Of a DNA stretch of 64,000 nucleotides, positions 1 to 12,770 are shown one piece after another. How positions within the stretch are numbered: position 1 is the first letter of the stretch; the number at the start of each line of letters is the position of its first letter. The DNA is from Podarcis gaigeae (Eukaryota), in the NCBI GenBank assembly GCA_964106915.2, contig OZ066914.1; one strand, given 5' to 3'. A program made the translations under genes and the position numbers. The notes under the pieces are model-generated. The model was not told the origin of the DNA. It was given only the letters and a program-made list of their open reading frames with translations, and made no database searches.

Positions 1-88
1 TGAGGATTTGCTACACCCAACTGCACAAAGGTGGGTAAAATTGAATTCTTTAAAAAAAACAAAACATCTGAGAATTGTCTTCTTCCAG

Positions 89-233
89 GGTTGACGTTGG
101 CAATGGCCTGACTGTGTGCAAAGATGGCTGTGAAGCTATTGTAGACACAGGGACCTCCCTCATTACAGGCCCAACAGAAGAAATTAAGCAACTGCAGAAA
201 GCCATTGGAGCTAAGCCAATCATTAAAGGACAG
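89..233 (+). CDS. CTSD: Cathepsin D internal coding exon (third-last, exon 7 equivalent) carrying the second catalytic Asp
   Basis: Flanked by ttcttccag| and CAG|gtaatg; 145 nt. Translates [48 protein letters not shown], with the pepsin-family DTGT motif. Confidence 0.96.
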
Positions 234-309
234 GTAATGTGGGAATGGGGTGAGGTGGTGGGTCTAATGTTGGGACATCCATATGTGCAGCCTGACTACT
301 GTTTCTCTC

Positions 310-441
310 AGGGCTGGCTAGTCTGGGACCCTCCAGATGTTAGGCTCCGGCTCTACTCTACTCCACACATTGAGCACACTGGCTGGGGCTGATGAGATTT
401 GGGAGTCCAACATCTGAAGGGTCACAGGTTCTCTAGCACTG
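310..441. mobile_element. Short palindromic non-autonomous DNA element (hAT-like MITE), degenerate copy
   Basis: Inverted arms ccctccagatgtt ... aacatctgaagggtcacaggtt; same family as the copy at 61479-61606. Confidence 0.55.
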
Positions 442-1480
442 CTTTCTATATATTGGTTTTGGTCTCAACTGGGTTCAGATACAGCCAATAGCTTGGATTG
501 CTACCTCAAAAGCAGCTTGGTTACAAGTTCAAAGCGGTTCAAATGTTGGGTAACCTTTATGTTACAGTACTGCAGCTTTCCCCCCACAACCAGACCTGCT
601 TAGGAAGAATTGGCCATAATAAGTTCTATACACCCTCCCTTCCACCTCAGAGGATTTTCAGGTCCATACTCCAGTCTGGTTTATACAGCATGCAGGACTT
701 CTTACAGTGTCAACATCCCACATGTTGCGCTTCGCATTGGCGCTTGTGCGTAATGTTAGCATGCCTGAGATCAGCAGCCTCTGCAGGTGTGCCATCGACA
801 TCCTGTCATTACATGCAAACAGACCAGTGGCTGAGGGAAGAATGCTTAAAATGTGGCTCAAGTGAGGGCTGAACCCCTTACACTCAAAGGGCTTATTTGT
901 AGCCTGCATGCTGTGTAAGCTGGGTCTAAGAGAACTCCCTCAGCCAATAGTATAGGAGGAGAAATTCTGCTACGTTCAGCTTCAGCTGCTGCTTCAGCAC
1001 TTTGAGAATTGCTGTATAATGATAAATTTCCTGTCTGTGTAGTTCTTAAAAGGTACAGCAAGGGAGGTCCACTCAAGATATGGATCTTCCATCTCTTTAA
1101 CTGCCCAGATATATGGCTTTTTTGTGGGAAAGGCATCAGAATGTGGCACTAATGAAGTGTAAGAGGTAGTAGTAGTAGTAGTAGTAATGTTTGGGATTTT
1201 TATAGAGAACTTAATGTTCACTGTAATCCTAGCAATGAGCAGTGGCTCAGTGCTGCCCCTGTACTGCAGCTGAGGACAAGATGTTTGTTGCCAGCAGGAA
1301 AAATCCAAGGGGTGCCCCTGTTCCAGGAAGAAGAAGAAGAATAGCCTAAACAAGCCCCTTTTAGGGAGAAGGGTGGAGTATAGGAGTCACTAGCTAGTTC
1401 TTGTCTACACACCTTCAGGAGTCAAAATTCATAGCTCTACAACAAGGTTCTTATACTTCCAATTTATTTTTATTTTTCAG

Positions 1481-1579
1481 TACATGCTTCCGTGTGATAA
1501 GCTGTCTTCCCTTCCCAATGTGAACTTGGTCCTGGGAGGGAAATCCTATGCCCTCTCTCCAAATCAATATGTCTTGAAG
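1481..1579 (+). CDS. CTSD: Cathepsin D penultimate coding exon (exon 8 equivalent)
   Basis: Flanked by tatttttcag| and AAG|gtaagt; 99 nt, phase 0/0. Translates YMLPCDKLSSLPNVNLVLGGKSYALSPNQYVLK. Confidence 0.96.
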
Positions 1580-2191
1580 GTAAGTTCAAAACTATTTATG
1601 AGATCATCCTAAGAATGCTCACCAACCTATCCTAGAAGCAGCAGTTTTGGGTCCCCAGGATGCTTTTATTGATGTTCATCCAGCATCTAGTAATAGATTT
1701 GTTATATCTGCACTGGATCCTGTGCACTTCAGGGAAATAGCTAGGACTCTTAAAAGCATAATGGACTCTGCCTTTGTGTCTTTTTACATGATAGTTAGTT
1801 AAACCTTAAGACTGAGTTCTCTCATTGCATACCAATTACTTAAGTGAAGGATTAGTGAGCAAATTATTTTGGGGGAGGAGCAGGAAGAGGACTGAAAACT
1901 AATAAATATTGTGGGGGGACAGTAAATGCTGCTTAAGTGGTCAATGCACATCTATAAAACATTGTTTGACCACGGCTTTTCTACAAGGATATGTTTGGGC
2001 TTTTATATATATATATATATTGAAGATATATGCATGATCTTCTTCAACAACTGGTGGCTCTTTAGGTGCTCCTGAACACTAAACTGCAAAAGGAAGCAAA
2101 CAAGGTGCAACTATAGAGAAGACTAGTATGCTCTCGCTCGTTCACTCTCTTGTTTTTTAAAAAACCCACACCTTCTTTTCTCTCCCTATAG

Positions 2192-2362
<171 letters not shown>

Positions 2363-2727
2363 ATGCAACTGACAACCACCTCCCACTCTCTCTCCAAATT
2401 CACCCACAAACACACTGGAGTTTTCTACTGTGTCTTGTAGGCATTAGGAACAAAATCAGGAAAGTTAAAAGGAAAAAAATAATGACACTTTAAAATTTAA
2501 ATAAGAAGGAGCAGAGATCTTAAAAAATAATAATAATCTGAAAAGCTACTAGTGACCATTAAACAAACACTTGTCCTTCCTCGAATGATACAGGCCATAG
2601 AAAAGTTATAATAAAAACATACCTAAGGAGCCCCAGCATTGTATGAGCTCTTCAAACATCTGGTTACTTGACATGCTATTCCTTTTTAAGCATAAGAACT
2701 ATAAATGCCATATTTAAATTAACACAG

Positions 2728-2788
2728 TTGCAAGGGATTGGACTAGATGAACCCTTTGGTGTTCCTTCCAATCCTACAATTCTATTAT
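2728..2788 (+). mobile_element. CR1 LINE (or CR1-tailed SINE) 3' terminal fragment
   Basis: gggattggactagatgaaccctttggtgttccttccaatcctacaattcta matches the CR1 tail seen at 52790-52858. Confidence 0.7.
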
Positions 2789-5130
2789 TTATCCGCTCCA
2801 AAAAAGAACCCTTGATACATGCTTTTAGATTCGCTTCCCTAGCTGTTCCCCATTTTTAATTTATTGATATATATATAAAGGCAACATAGAGAACAGAATC
2901 TTTCACAGTTGTTTATGGGGGAAGTGCTAGGTAGTTGGGAAGTTACCGCGGAATTTGCATTGGGCTAATGATCCCCGTAGTATTTCTTGCATTGTGGGGA
3001 TGTGGGAATATAGCAGAATTGTCCTGATTTGCATTTTTAAAAGAAACGTAGCAGGTCCACATCACTTTGGGTTAGATGGGCTCCAATGAGTAGAGAGTCC
3101 TTGGGAAGTTATAACTGTGGAAATGGGTATTTCTATAAGGTATGATTGGGTTCTCCATCTCATATTTAATAAACGGCCACAGTTCTGATTCTGGTCTGAG
3201 CAACCCCATTCAGGTACTGTAGTTTCATGATACATTGTTACAAGTTCTTTCTCTTGGTTTCCCACACCTTACATAATTCCCAGCTTTTGCGGGTGTAAGG
3301 AAAGTGACCATGATTTTTGTGAGATCTTTCCTGCTCAAGGTTGCTTTGGAGATTCATCAACTTGTCAAATATGGCCTCTCCCCACACCCCACTATTAAAT
3401 CAAGTCACAGCTACTCTGACACTCGTTTCTCAGTACAGAAAAATCCTGTAGATCTCTTGATAAAACAGGGAACCTTGGGTGTGGGACAAGTTCAACCTGC
3501 CCTTGCAGAAAGCACGACTGATCTTCCTGCTCAACAGCTGACAGGCAGGGGTTTGAATCCTGCTTGGTCACTCTCTCCCTCCAACCCTATGGGTCAACTT
3601 TGGCAGGGGGCCAGGACCATCCACCTGTCAAGAGTTGACCTGTGGGTTGTGGGGAGATGAAGATCTGGCACACCGAGCCAAAAAGGTTCCCCACCATTGT
3701 TACGAAACTTACTCTGCTATGAGAAGCTTGATCTCTGCACAGATTGATTCTGGTTACCTAGACTTTTATGGAAAGTGTTTTATAAAAAGAGCTGCCTCTG
3801 CATTGGCGTCTATTTTGGCCTGGCAAGCAGAAGGCATGGAGCAGCCCTTCGGGACAGGAAGGTGGAGGTAAGCTAGGTAGATGTTAGTTGAACAAACTGG
3901 AACGTCATTGTTTAGTTGGTAAATGAAGTCTTCCAGTATCTTTTTAGATAAATCTGAAATGTTCCATTGATATTTTGGAGCCCAGCCCTAAGGTTGCGAG
4001 ACAGCACGGATAACACAGAACACAACTTTTAGATTAAACAAAGAGCTGTTCTGATGCAGAGCCAAGCACACTTCGCTGAAGATGCTTTATTTTAAACTAG
4101 ATGAAATCTGGTTCATGAAGAGCAACACAATAGAAAAGCTGGTGAACACGGGGGAGTAAAAGGCACCAGGAATTTGAACATACATTTGTGAATAGGCTGC
4201 ATGTCCTAGACTACAACCCCACCCCCACCCTCCTGGTTGGGTTGAATACTTTGGAATGCAGATAAGCATCAGGATATCTAGAGAAGGCTACACCTGCTTG
4301 GGATTGCTAACAAGATGCTGCCATTCAAAAACCATGGTGTGTCTGTAAGCTTGTGAAAGATTGGAGATGTCATTAAAACTGTAGCATCCTTCCCCAACCT
4401 GGTGCCCACCATGTTGACTGGGGCTGGTTGGAGTTGCAGTCTAAAACATCTAAAACTACCAGGTTGGGGAAGGGAGTTGTAGCATGTCCTGAGTTACGAT
4501 GGGTATATTGAAATACACTTCTTTAAAATCCTTGCTTAGCTCCTCCTAAGAGTTTTCAACCCTGAACTAGTAATTCAAGGTCACTGAATAGCTTCTCACT
4601 GAGTAATATCAAATACAAATACTCTAGAACTTTCATTTCAAACTTAAGTGCCCAAAGCTTTTCTTAAGAGAAGCTGTATAGAAAGTGTCTTAAATTTTCT
4701 TTAGGTGGTCATTCATATCAGGATAAGATTGAACACAAGTCTTTTGTCTTGAAGAGATTTTATCATGAATGCCGTATATTATATATAAAAAGTATCTCTC
4801 ACTCATTAGCACTGAGTGGGCTGATTGGCCGGTAATGGTATATGTTTCAGTCTCTTGGAGGCAACTGCTAACAGCAGCCTAACCACCACCACCACCCCTT
4901 TAAAAGGCACGTGGCATAGTCTATAAAGGAGGAGAGCGTTCTCTGCAGACCTTTGGAAGGTTGAGTAGAGGAATCTGCTTGTTTGGAATACATTTAGAGC
5001 TGCTTGTCACTCCCCCCCCCCCCTTGTTTTTTGCTTGCTTTTTCTAAATGTGTAAGATGCTCTTGTGGCTCTCCTGTTGGGCAGATGCAAGTTGTAGCTG
5101 ATCTCTCCACTCAATTTGTCATAGAAAAAT

Positions 5131-5205
5131 TGTAATGGAAAAAATAAATTTTGTCTCCTCTACATTCCATCTTGCGTCATCATTTGAGTGGTTTGGGTGG
5201 TATTT
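5131..5205 (+). terminator. Candidate distal CTSD polyadenylation signal
   Basis: TGTA (5131), AATAAA (5143-5148) and a downstream GT-rich tract (tgagtggtttgggtggtatttt). More proximal AATAAA hexamers lie at 2610 and 3168. Confidence 0.4.
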
Positions 5206-5856
5206 TCCAAGGAACCAGATGATCCGTTCAGTACAAGCAATGTCCAAACTGGCTGAGAAACCAAGGCTAATCCAGAATGGAAAAGAAGGCACAGATCATT
5301 ATGTTTACAGCACAATCCTATGCATCTTTACTTGGAAAAAAGTTCAAGGGTGATTGCATCCCCATCCCCCTCTTAATGGAATGTCCCTGTAGTTTCCAGA
5401 GCTGCTCTACCAATAGGTTTTTCAATAGAATTGTTGGGTTTCATGAATTCTATTCTATTTAGGCAACAAACTAATCTTTTCCAGGCCCTCAATGCTACTG
5501 CTGGCAACACACTATGCAATGGCTGTACATCCCACATAGCCCATCTGCTAGGAATTGGTATATCCTTTTAAAATAACACGATTGACATCGCAGTTGGTTT
5601 TACATTTTGTTTATTGAAACTACACCTTCCTTGAGAAGTGCATTGCTTCTTGAAAGCTGAGGTTGCTGCTGCTGTGCTAGGGTCTGCAAAATGTTCCTAG
5701 TTGCTTCTTAAGATGGGGAGAGCTAGCAGCAAAAGACACTGACTGGAGAAGACTGAGGGAGGGGGGTGGACAGAGGTGCTTTCTGCTCTGAGTAATTTGA
5801 TTTACGATGCCTAATTCTCATATGGAGCAAACAAATCAGTTGCCTTTCCAAATACC

Positions 5857-6305
5857 TACCTACGGGACCGCCTCTCCTGGTATGCCCCACAGAGAAACCT
5901 ACGGTCTGCAAATAATAATACCCTCAAGGTCCCAGGCCTCAGAGAGGTTAGGCTGGCCTCAACTAGAGCCAGGGCCTCCTCGGCTGCGGCTCCAATCTGG
6001 TGGAACGCTCTGTCACAAGAGACTAGGGCCCTGCGGGACCTGACATCTTTCCGCAGGGCCTGCAAGACAGAGTTGTTCCACCAGGCCTTTGGTCAGGGCG
6101 CAGCCTGACTCCCTCCTCTGGCAACCTGTACAGAATCTTGTTTAATCGGTTGCCATTAATTTGATTTTAATTAATTTTTATAATGAAATATTTTGAATGT
6201 GTGACTATTTGATTGTTTGATTATTTGATTATTGTTAGCCGCCCTGAGCCCGGCTTCGGCTGGGGAGGGCGGGATATAAATAAAATTTATTATTATTATT
6301 ATTAT
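5857..6305 (+). mobile_element. L2-clade LINE 3' end (ORF2 C-terminus, 3'UTR and (TAT)n tail)
   Basis: Translates YLRDRLSWYAPQRNLRSANNNTLKVPGLREVRLASTRARASSAAAPIWWNALSQETRALRDLTSFRRACKTELF, a typical L2 ORF2 end. Ends agccgccctgag...gggatataaataaa followed by a microsatellite tail. Confidence 0.85.
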
Positions 6306-8849
6306 ACACTGTTGGTTCTTAATCTAAATTTCATTAAGCCACACACATATAGCGCCACCACAGGCCCCAAACAGAATTGTTGCTTATGTCTGTCCTACAG
6401 AAGCAACTTCAAAGTTTTGCTAATGATAGGCTATATCTGACTTAAGTCAGATCTGTGAACTAGACAAACTTTCAAGTTCACTGATTTCAGTGGGTCTACC
6501 CTGACGTAATTGAATACAACCCGGTCATTTGCTAAATATATGCAAGATACAAATGTTTAATTGTTACACAGAGGCTATGCTTGTCTTTAAAAAACACAGG
6601 TCTCCCTACCAGAATGCAGTCACATGACCTATTTCTTCTGTGCCATGCATGGCTTTTTGTGCCTGTCTGAAATAAATAAACATTTGACAGCCTCAGCAGG
6701 AGTACTGCTTGCTGCCATATATGCTATATCAAATCAGTGCAGTGAAATGGATTCTATTATTATTTTCTTTCTTACTTTGAATACCTTGTTGACAAATTTG
6801 CTGAACATTAGCATATGTGATAGGCACACAAAAGAAAGTAGGCAAGCAATTCTCAGTATGGAAAGAGCAATTCCAAAGAGCGTTGCAAAATACAGAAGAG
6901 AGCAGACCCTATGCATTTAATTGCTGTAGAGAATAGTTATGCTGTCGTTGCTTAAAGGTCTACTACTTGCCATATGATGAACTTAAAAGTAAATAGGTGA
7001 ACTTGGTGAGAAGTGGAGTAACCTGAGGTTATTGACTTGCTCTACATAAGACAAGGATGGGTATCATGTGGAACTCCAGATGTTGGACTAAAATGTCAAT
7101 CCTTGTTCATTGCCGAGGCTGATGGGAGCTGTATTTTGGCACTGTCTAGAGCACGGGCAAGGAACTCTTTCAGCCTTCTAGAGGACACATCATGCCAGTG
7201 ATGAACGGGGCCAGAAGCAAACGTGGGTGTAGCAACGAGTTAATTTTACCTTTTGTACAAAAACCTCTTTCTACACACAGTCGGACATCCCTCTCCCAGG
7301 CAAGGAGAGGCAAAAAAACACATGAGGGTACAAAACAGGGGTGCTGGTGAGGGTTGTGACCTAGCGAGAGTGGGTATGGCTTGGGAGAGTCCTGAGGATC
7401 CAAGAATGAGGACCTCATTTGGCCTCCAAGCCTTAAGTTCACTATCCTTGCTAAGCAAGAGGACCACCAGTTCCCCCACCTCTGATAAAAGCAATGGCAA
7501 CAGCCTCAAACTGAATGTTTCACCTCCTAGTAAAGACATTTTATTGTTTGGGAAACTATTTTTACTTGCAAAACGTCCGTAAGTGCTTTCCGTTTCTTCT
7601 ACTCCTTTGGTTTATTTATTATCAGTTTCCTTTGGGATGGGAAATAAAAATGAAGTGTAGTTTAAAAGGCTCTATCTAGAGAGGAGGGGTGGGGCAACAC
7701 AGAGATACTTCATGGAGGCAGCAGGCACAAGCATACCCACCTACTGATGCACAGCACAGCATTTTGAGGAGGTGGCAGAAAGGAGAGGTGGATTGCTGCT
7801 ATTCTGTATTGCTTACCTCTCCGTATCTGAAGGTTCTTTGAAGCTGCCCTCGCGATCCCATCCTGTGACTTCTTAGAAGACAGCTGGATACTTCATATCA
7901 ACCAGCATCTTTCAATATTTCATCCTGCCTTTCCTTAAAGGCACTAAGGTTGGCATAGATGGGGTTACTGGTATCCTCAGACAATAGCTGTACGTGGTTA
8001 GAATTGGGCTGATTTAAACAGAGAGACAGTGACTTGCCCAAGGTCTCTATAGCCGAAAGTGGATTTCAACCAAGATCTACATGGTCAGAAATATATCACT
8101 ATATGCTCACTAGCATACATATGTCTACACATCTTTCTTTCTCTCTCTCTTGGTAGTACTATCTTGGCTACATAATTCTACAAATCCTTCATGGAAGCCA
8201 TCCACAAACCCCATGGGAAAGGTAATTGATATATAAAAAATGAACCTCTTGGCATTTATTATAAGCACTTTTTAAAGGAGACAGACTACAATGAAACTCA
8301 GCCTGCCTATTAAATGGAACAAATCACAGGCCCAAGGCTATCAGCTGAGAGGAAATACAATATCTCAGGAAGTCATATTGGAACTGAAGATATTTCCTGA
8401 CTATCCTCCCACCCCCAGTTAAGTGGTAACTAGAGACATGGCCTTCCCTTGGTATGATAGAATTTACTCTTTGAGGCCTGCCTTACAGAGCTGTTGCAAG
8501 GGTTACTGTTGCACGTGATGTGCTTTAAACTCTTTAAATATGCTATATAAATGCAAAGTATTGTTATCTATTTAGAAGCAGATGAGTACGCCATGCCCAA
8601 TGCAACAAGGGCATACTGAGAAAGCTTCCAAAGCAGCATTTTTCTTTTATTTTTTGAGATGCTCCTTATTCTATGCACAGGCTATCCAGTCAGAGCTTTT
8701 AGAATCTCGGTGTGCAGCTGAGATGATGATTCCTGGAGGAAATATTGTTAGGCATTGGGCAATAGTTTCTTCCAAGAGATGCTGGTCATTGCACACTTAA
8801 AATCAAAAGGCAATGTAGTGCATAGTTAAGCAATGGAATCTGTTATCAG

Positions 8850-9160
8850 AAAATGTGAGAATGGCTACCAATTTAGCTTTAAATGGAGATTAGACAAATT
8901 CACGGAATTGTTGTTGTTTAGTCGTTTAGTCGTGTCCGATTCTTCGTGACCCCATGGACCAGAGCATGCCAGGCACTCCTGTGTTTCACTGACTCCCGCA
9001 GCTTGTTAGCTACATGCTATCTTCAGATCTGGAGGCAGCATATTTCTCAATACCAATCACTGATGAATAACCCCCAGGAGAGGGCTGTTGCCACCATGTC
9101 CCCATTGTAGGCTTCCTGTCCGTGTCTGGCCAGCTATTGTAAGAAAACATACTGAAATGA
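8850..9160 (+). mobile_element. Degenerate CR1 3' fragment interrupted by a Bov-B tail
   Basis: ctttaaatggagattagacaaattcacggaa resembles the CR1 ORF2 end and is followed by CR1-type 3'UTR sequence. Confidence 0.55.
8908..9004 (-). mobile_element. Bov-B (RTE clade) LINE 3' end
   Basis: Minus strand reads ggtccatggggtcacgaagaatcggacacgactaaacgactaaacaacaacaa, the characteristic Bov-B terminus with a (CAA)n tail. Confidence 0.8.
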
Positions 9161-9177
9161 AACGAATCTCAAAGTTA

Positions 9178-9400
9178 CATAAGGACATAAGAAGCCCTGC
9201 TGGATCAGGCCAAAGGTCCATCTAGTTCAGCATCTTGTTCTCACAATGACCAACTAGATGCCTATAGAGGTTTATAAGGATGACTTGTGTCTGCGTGCAA
9301 CAATATTCTCCCCACTTGCAATTCCCAGCAAGTGGTATTCAATTCAGAGGCAAGCTGCCCTCTGACACAACCAATGTAGCTCCGATAGTCTTATCCGCAA
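9178..9400 (-). mobile_element. CR1 3' fragment, reverse orientation
   Basis: cataagaagccctgctggatcaggccaaaggtccatctagttcagcatc is the reverse complement of a squamate CR1 tail. Confidence 0.6.
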
Positions 9401-10099
9401 ATGGAGTACAAAGAATCTGGTGAACAGTGAAAATCAGTCAAAATACTCTATCATGGATCTATTAAAATATATAGAAAGGTCAAACTGAAAGTGGCATACT
9501 TCAGAGAATAAAGGGATTCTTATAGGAAACGCATTTTACAGAATTACTCTGGATAGAAATCCCAGTCTGAAAAGAGCAAACCAATAGAAGGACCACAGTA
9601 CATTATCTGACCAAAACCTTGACAAGAAGGGCAAGAATTCAGGAAAGTACCCAAAACAGAGGCTGTTAAAAAAGAAAAAAGAAAAAAAACAGGAATGACT
9701 GGCACTACGCCCAGACCGTTTGGATATAAAAAGTGATGCTTTTGTTTTATTTTTTAAAAAGAAACCCAGAATGGAGATAGCATAAGATACTCCTGCTTTT
9801 TGTTTACATTTAACCCAGACTATTAATTTCAGTTTAAAATATGATGAACTTTTCATGCTAGTAATTGTTAGCAATATATGTATTCTCCTATACAGTATTC
9901 TCTCCAGTTGGGATGTCGGCTGGGTTTGCTTTGTGTTGGGCGGGTACGGAGAGTGCGCCACCCTCAAATCCACTGAGGCCTTTTTTGTTCTCGTTTAGCC
10001 TTAACTCTTTGACCTCCCTCATCTTTCCACAGGAAACGAGTCCCAGCTCCTATTTCCCCTTCTCTTGCCAGACTTCTCTCTTGGTTCCCCAGCTCTGTG

Positions 10100-11600
10100 G
10101 GCCAGCGGGGCGCTTCTGACACGACTGTACAGATACGTGTCTGCGTGTGTCCGCCGCCCGCGCAGGCGACATTCGATCTTTATCCAATTTCGATCTCTTC
10201 CCCATGACTGGAGCGCACAGAGCGCCCCTTGCCCCTCGGCGCTCGCGTCAGCAGGGCAACACCCTCCTCCCCACAGGAGACTGAAGAAGGGGACGGGGCC
10301 GGGGTGGCCAGGAGTCCCTCAGTGCTGCTGGCCACGCACCTCCATGTTGGACGGCGTGCCCCTGTCTGCATGCGCGTCGGTCACGGAGGCCCGGGCCGGG
10401 CCTGCTGCCTGAGGGACTTTCTGCACGCCTCGGACACAAGTGGCCCCTCAGCTTCCCCGCTGCTTCTGAAACACCGCTGTGGACCAACTGGAAGGCATTC
10501 AACTGGCGATGCCTGCGCCTGGATGCGGGGGGCGGCCCGCGTTTCCACAAGGTAAGTGGGAGTTGAGTGGGTTTGAGATTTGATTATTATTATTATTGGG
10601 CTCCCGTGTAGAAGGTCGCCGCGTGCGCGCCCGCGTGCCCGCGAATACACACACAGACACACACACACGCCGCGCGCTTGGGGCCAGAAGGGCGGCAGCA
10701 GGGGAGGAGAGCGCGCGAGCGCACACCAACGAGCGCGCCTGGCCGAGGTGAAGTGGAGCTGGGCAGCCTCAAGGCTCTAATGAGCGTGTGCGCGCGCCTT
10801 GCCCTGATTGGGAATTGAGGGGAGAGAGATGCCGCTTGACCTCTTCCCCGCTCCCCTCTCCTGCTGTCCCCGCTCCCCTCTCCCCTCCTCCACCAACTCC
10901 AGTTGTGGGAAAAGAAGAAGAGCCGGAGGCAGTGCTGAGCTGGAGACGCAGCAACTCCCCGAGTCCCTCCTTGTGAGTAGTCTCGCCGCCTCCTCCACCT
11001 CCTCCTCTGTTCCGGAGATGGATGGATGGATGGGCGGCTAGATGGGCGGGCAGGCAGGCAAGCAAGCGTGGGGCTATCAGCAGGCTGCTTTTCCCAATTG
11101 GAAAGCGTGTGGGATAGGGAGGGAGGGAGAGGGGGGGTTCTTTGAGGCTGACACCCCCCTGCTCCTCCTCTTCTTCTCCACCCCCCCTTTCTCCTCCTCT
11201 TCCCACAGCCACCCCTGACCGCGCGACATTGTCCAAACGGGAAAACTGCTGACAGGTGAAAGGGGGGTGGGAGGGAAAGTCAATTACATCAGGAATCCAG
11301 CAAAGATGAGGACTCAGCAAAATCGAGAGAGAGAGACCAAAAGACAGACAAGGCAGGGCTGATCTGTCGCAGCTGTGCAGCCTCTTCCCGCGACAGACTC
11401 GCTTTCCTCGCCCGCCCGGCTCCCAGCACCCGGCTTCGATCCTGGCACGGGACAGGAGAGCTCGAATGACGAGATGGACGGAGGGGAGGAGGAGAAGGGT
11501 CGCCGCGGGAGGGAGGGAGGGGGGAGGCAGCGAGGGGGACGCCGGCAGCGGATCGGTTTGGGGAACTGCCTGCTAGTCCCAGCCCAGGCGCCTCTCTTTG
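10100..11600 (+). promoter_or_regulatory. IFITM10: CpG island, probable IFITM10 promoter and first-exon region
   Basis: Sharp rise in CpG and GC content (e.g. cgcgtgcgcgcccgcgtgcccgcg). Reverse CCAAT near 10807. Candidate donors AAG|gtaagt (10551/10552) and CTT|gtgagt (10972/10973). Lies 0.7-2 kb upstream of the IFITM10 exon acceptor. Confidence 0.75.
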
Positions 11601-11800
11601 GAAATCTTTCTCTCTCTTTTTTTTAAAAAAAAATCCATCCTCATCCTCATTGATAGTGTCTAGGAAGCTGATGCTGAGTTGAGTGAGTGAGGAGGGGCAA
11701 GAGAGAGGGAATGACAGAGAGGAGTTGTTGTTGTCAGACAATACCGCAAAGGACTTTGGCAGGGATCAACAGAAGACAGTGGGGAATGGGGTTGAGGGGG

Positions 11801-11834
11801 AGAAGAAGAAGAAGAAGAAGAAGAAGAAGAAGAA
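11801..11834 (+). repeat. (AAG)n microsatellite in a purine-rich tract
   Basis: Direct reading of the sequence. Confidence 0.95.
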
Positions 11835-12338
11835 AGAGAAAGAGAGAGGGAGAAAGCAGGAGACGGATGGGTCAAGCTCCCCTGCCTTTCCCGGGGTGTT
11901 GGTGAACTCTGGGGCTTCTCTGTGTGGGAGGCGAGGGAGGGGAAGCCGAGCAGACTGCGGGAGGGAGCTGGGACACCCAGCTGCAGGGAGACCAGGAACT
12001 GTTACACTGCTGCATACATTAATGACTGCTCAGTGTGCCGGGGAAATACTCCTTGGCGGTTGGTACATGTGTGTAAACAGTCTTCTCTCTCTTCCCTCCC
12101 TGCCTGGATACGCTGTCCTCCCTCTCCTCTGCTCCTCTTTTCCTCCCCAATTGTGTACTGCCCTATCCTCTGCCTTAATCCTCTTCTTCCCCCTCTTCTT
12201 CTTCTTCCCTTCTGATTCCTGCATCCTTGCACTCTCTGTTTTTCTCCCACCTCTTTCTCCTTCCTGATCCTCCCTGCCTGCCTGCCTGCCTCCTTCCTCC
12301 CCGTCTTTCTCAGGGGATCACACTTTGCCGGGATATAG

Positions 12339-12770
<432 letters not shown>

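Noticed and set aside
75-392. 105-aa ORF as a complete gene
   Set aside because: Only 89-233 is the CTSD exon; the rest is intron read-through.
2853-3350. Possible old minus-strand LINE 3' end (AATAAA and A-rich tail near 2853-2866; FLTPAKAGNYVRCGKPRERTC-like peptide)
   Set aside because: Too degenerate to assign by eye; needs RepeatMasker or tBLASTx.
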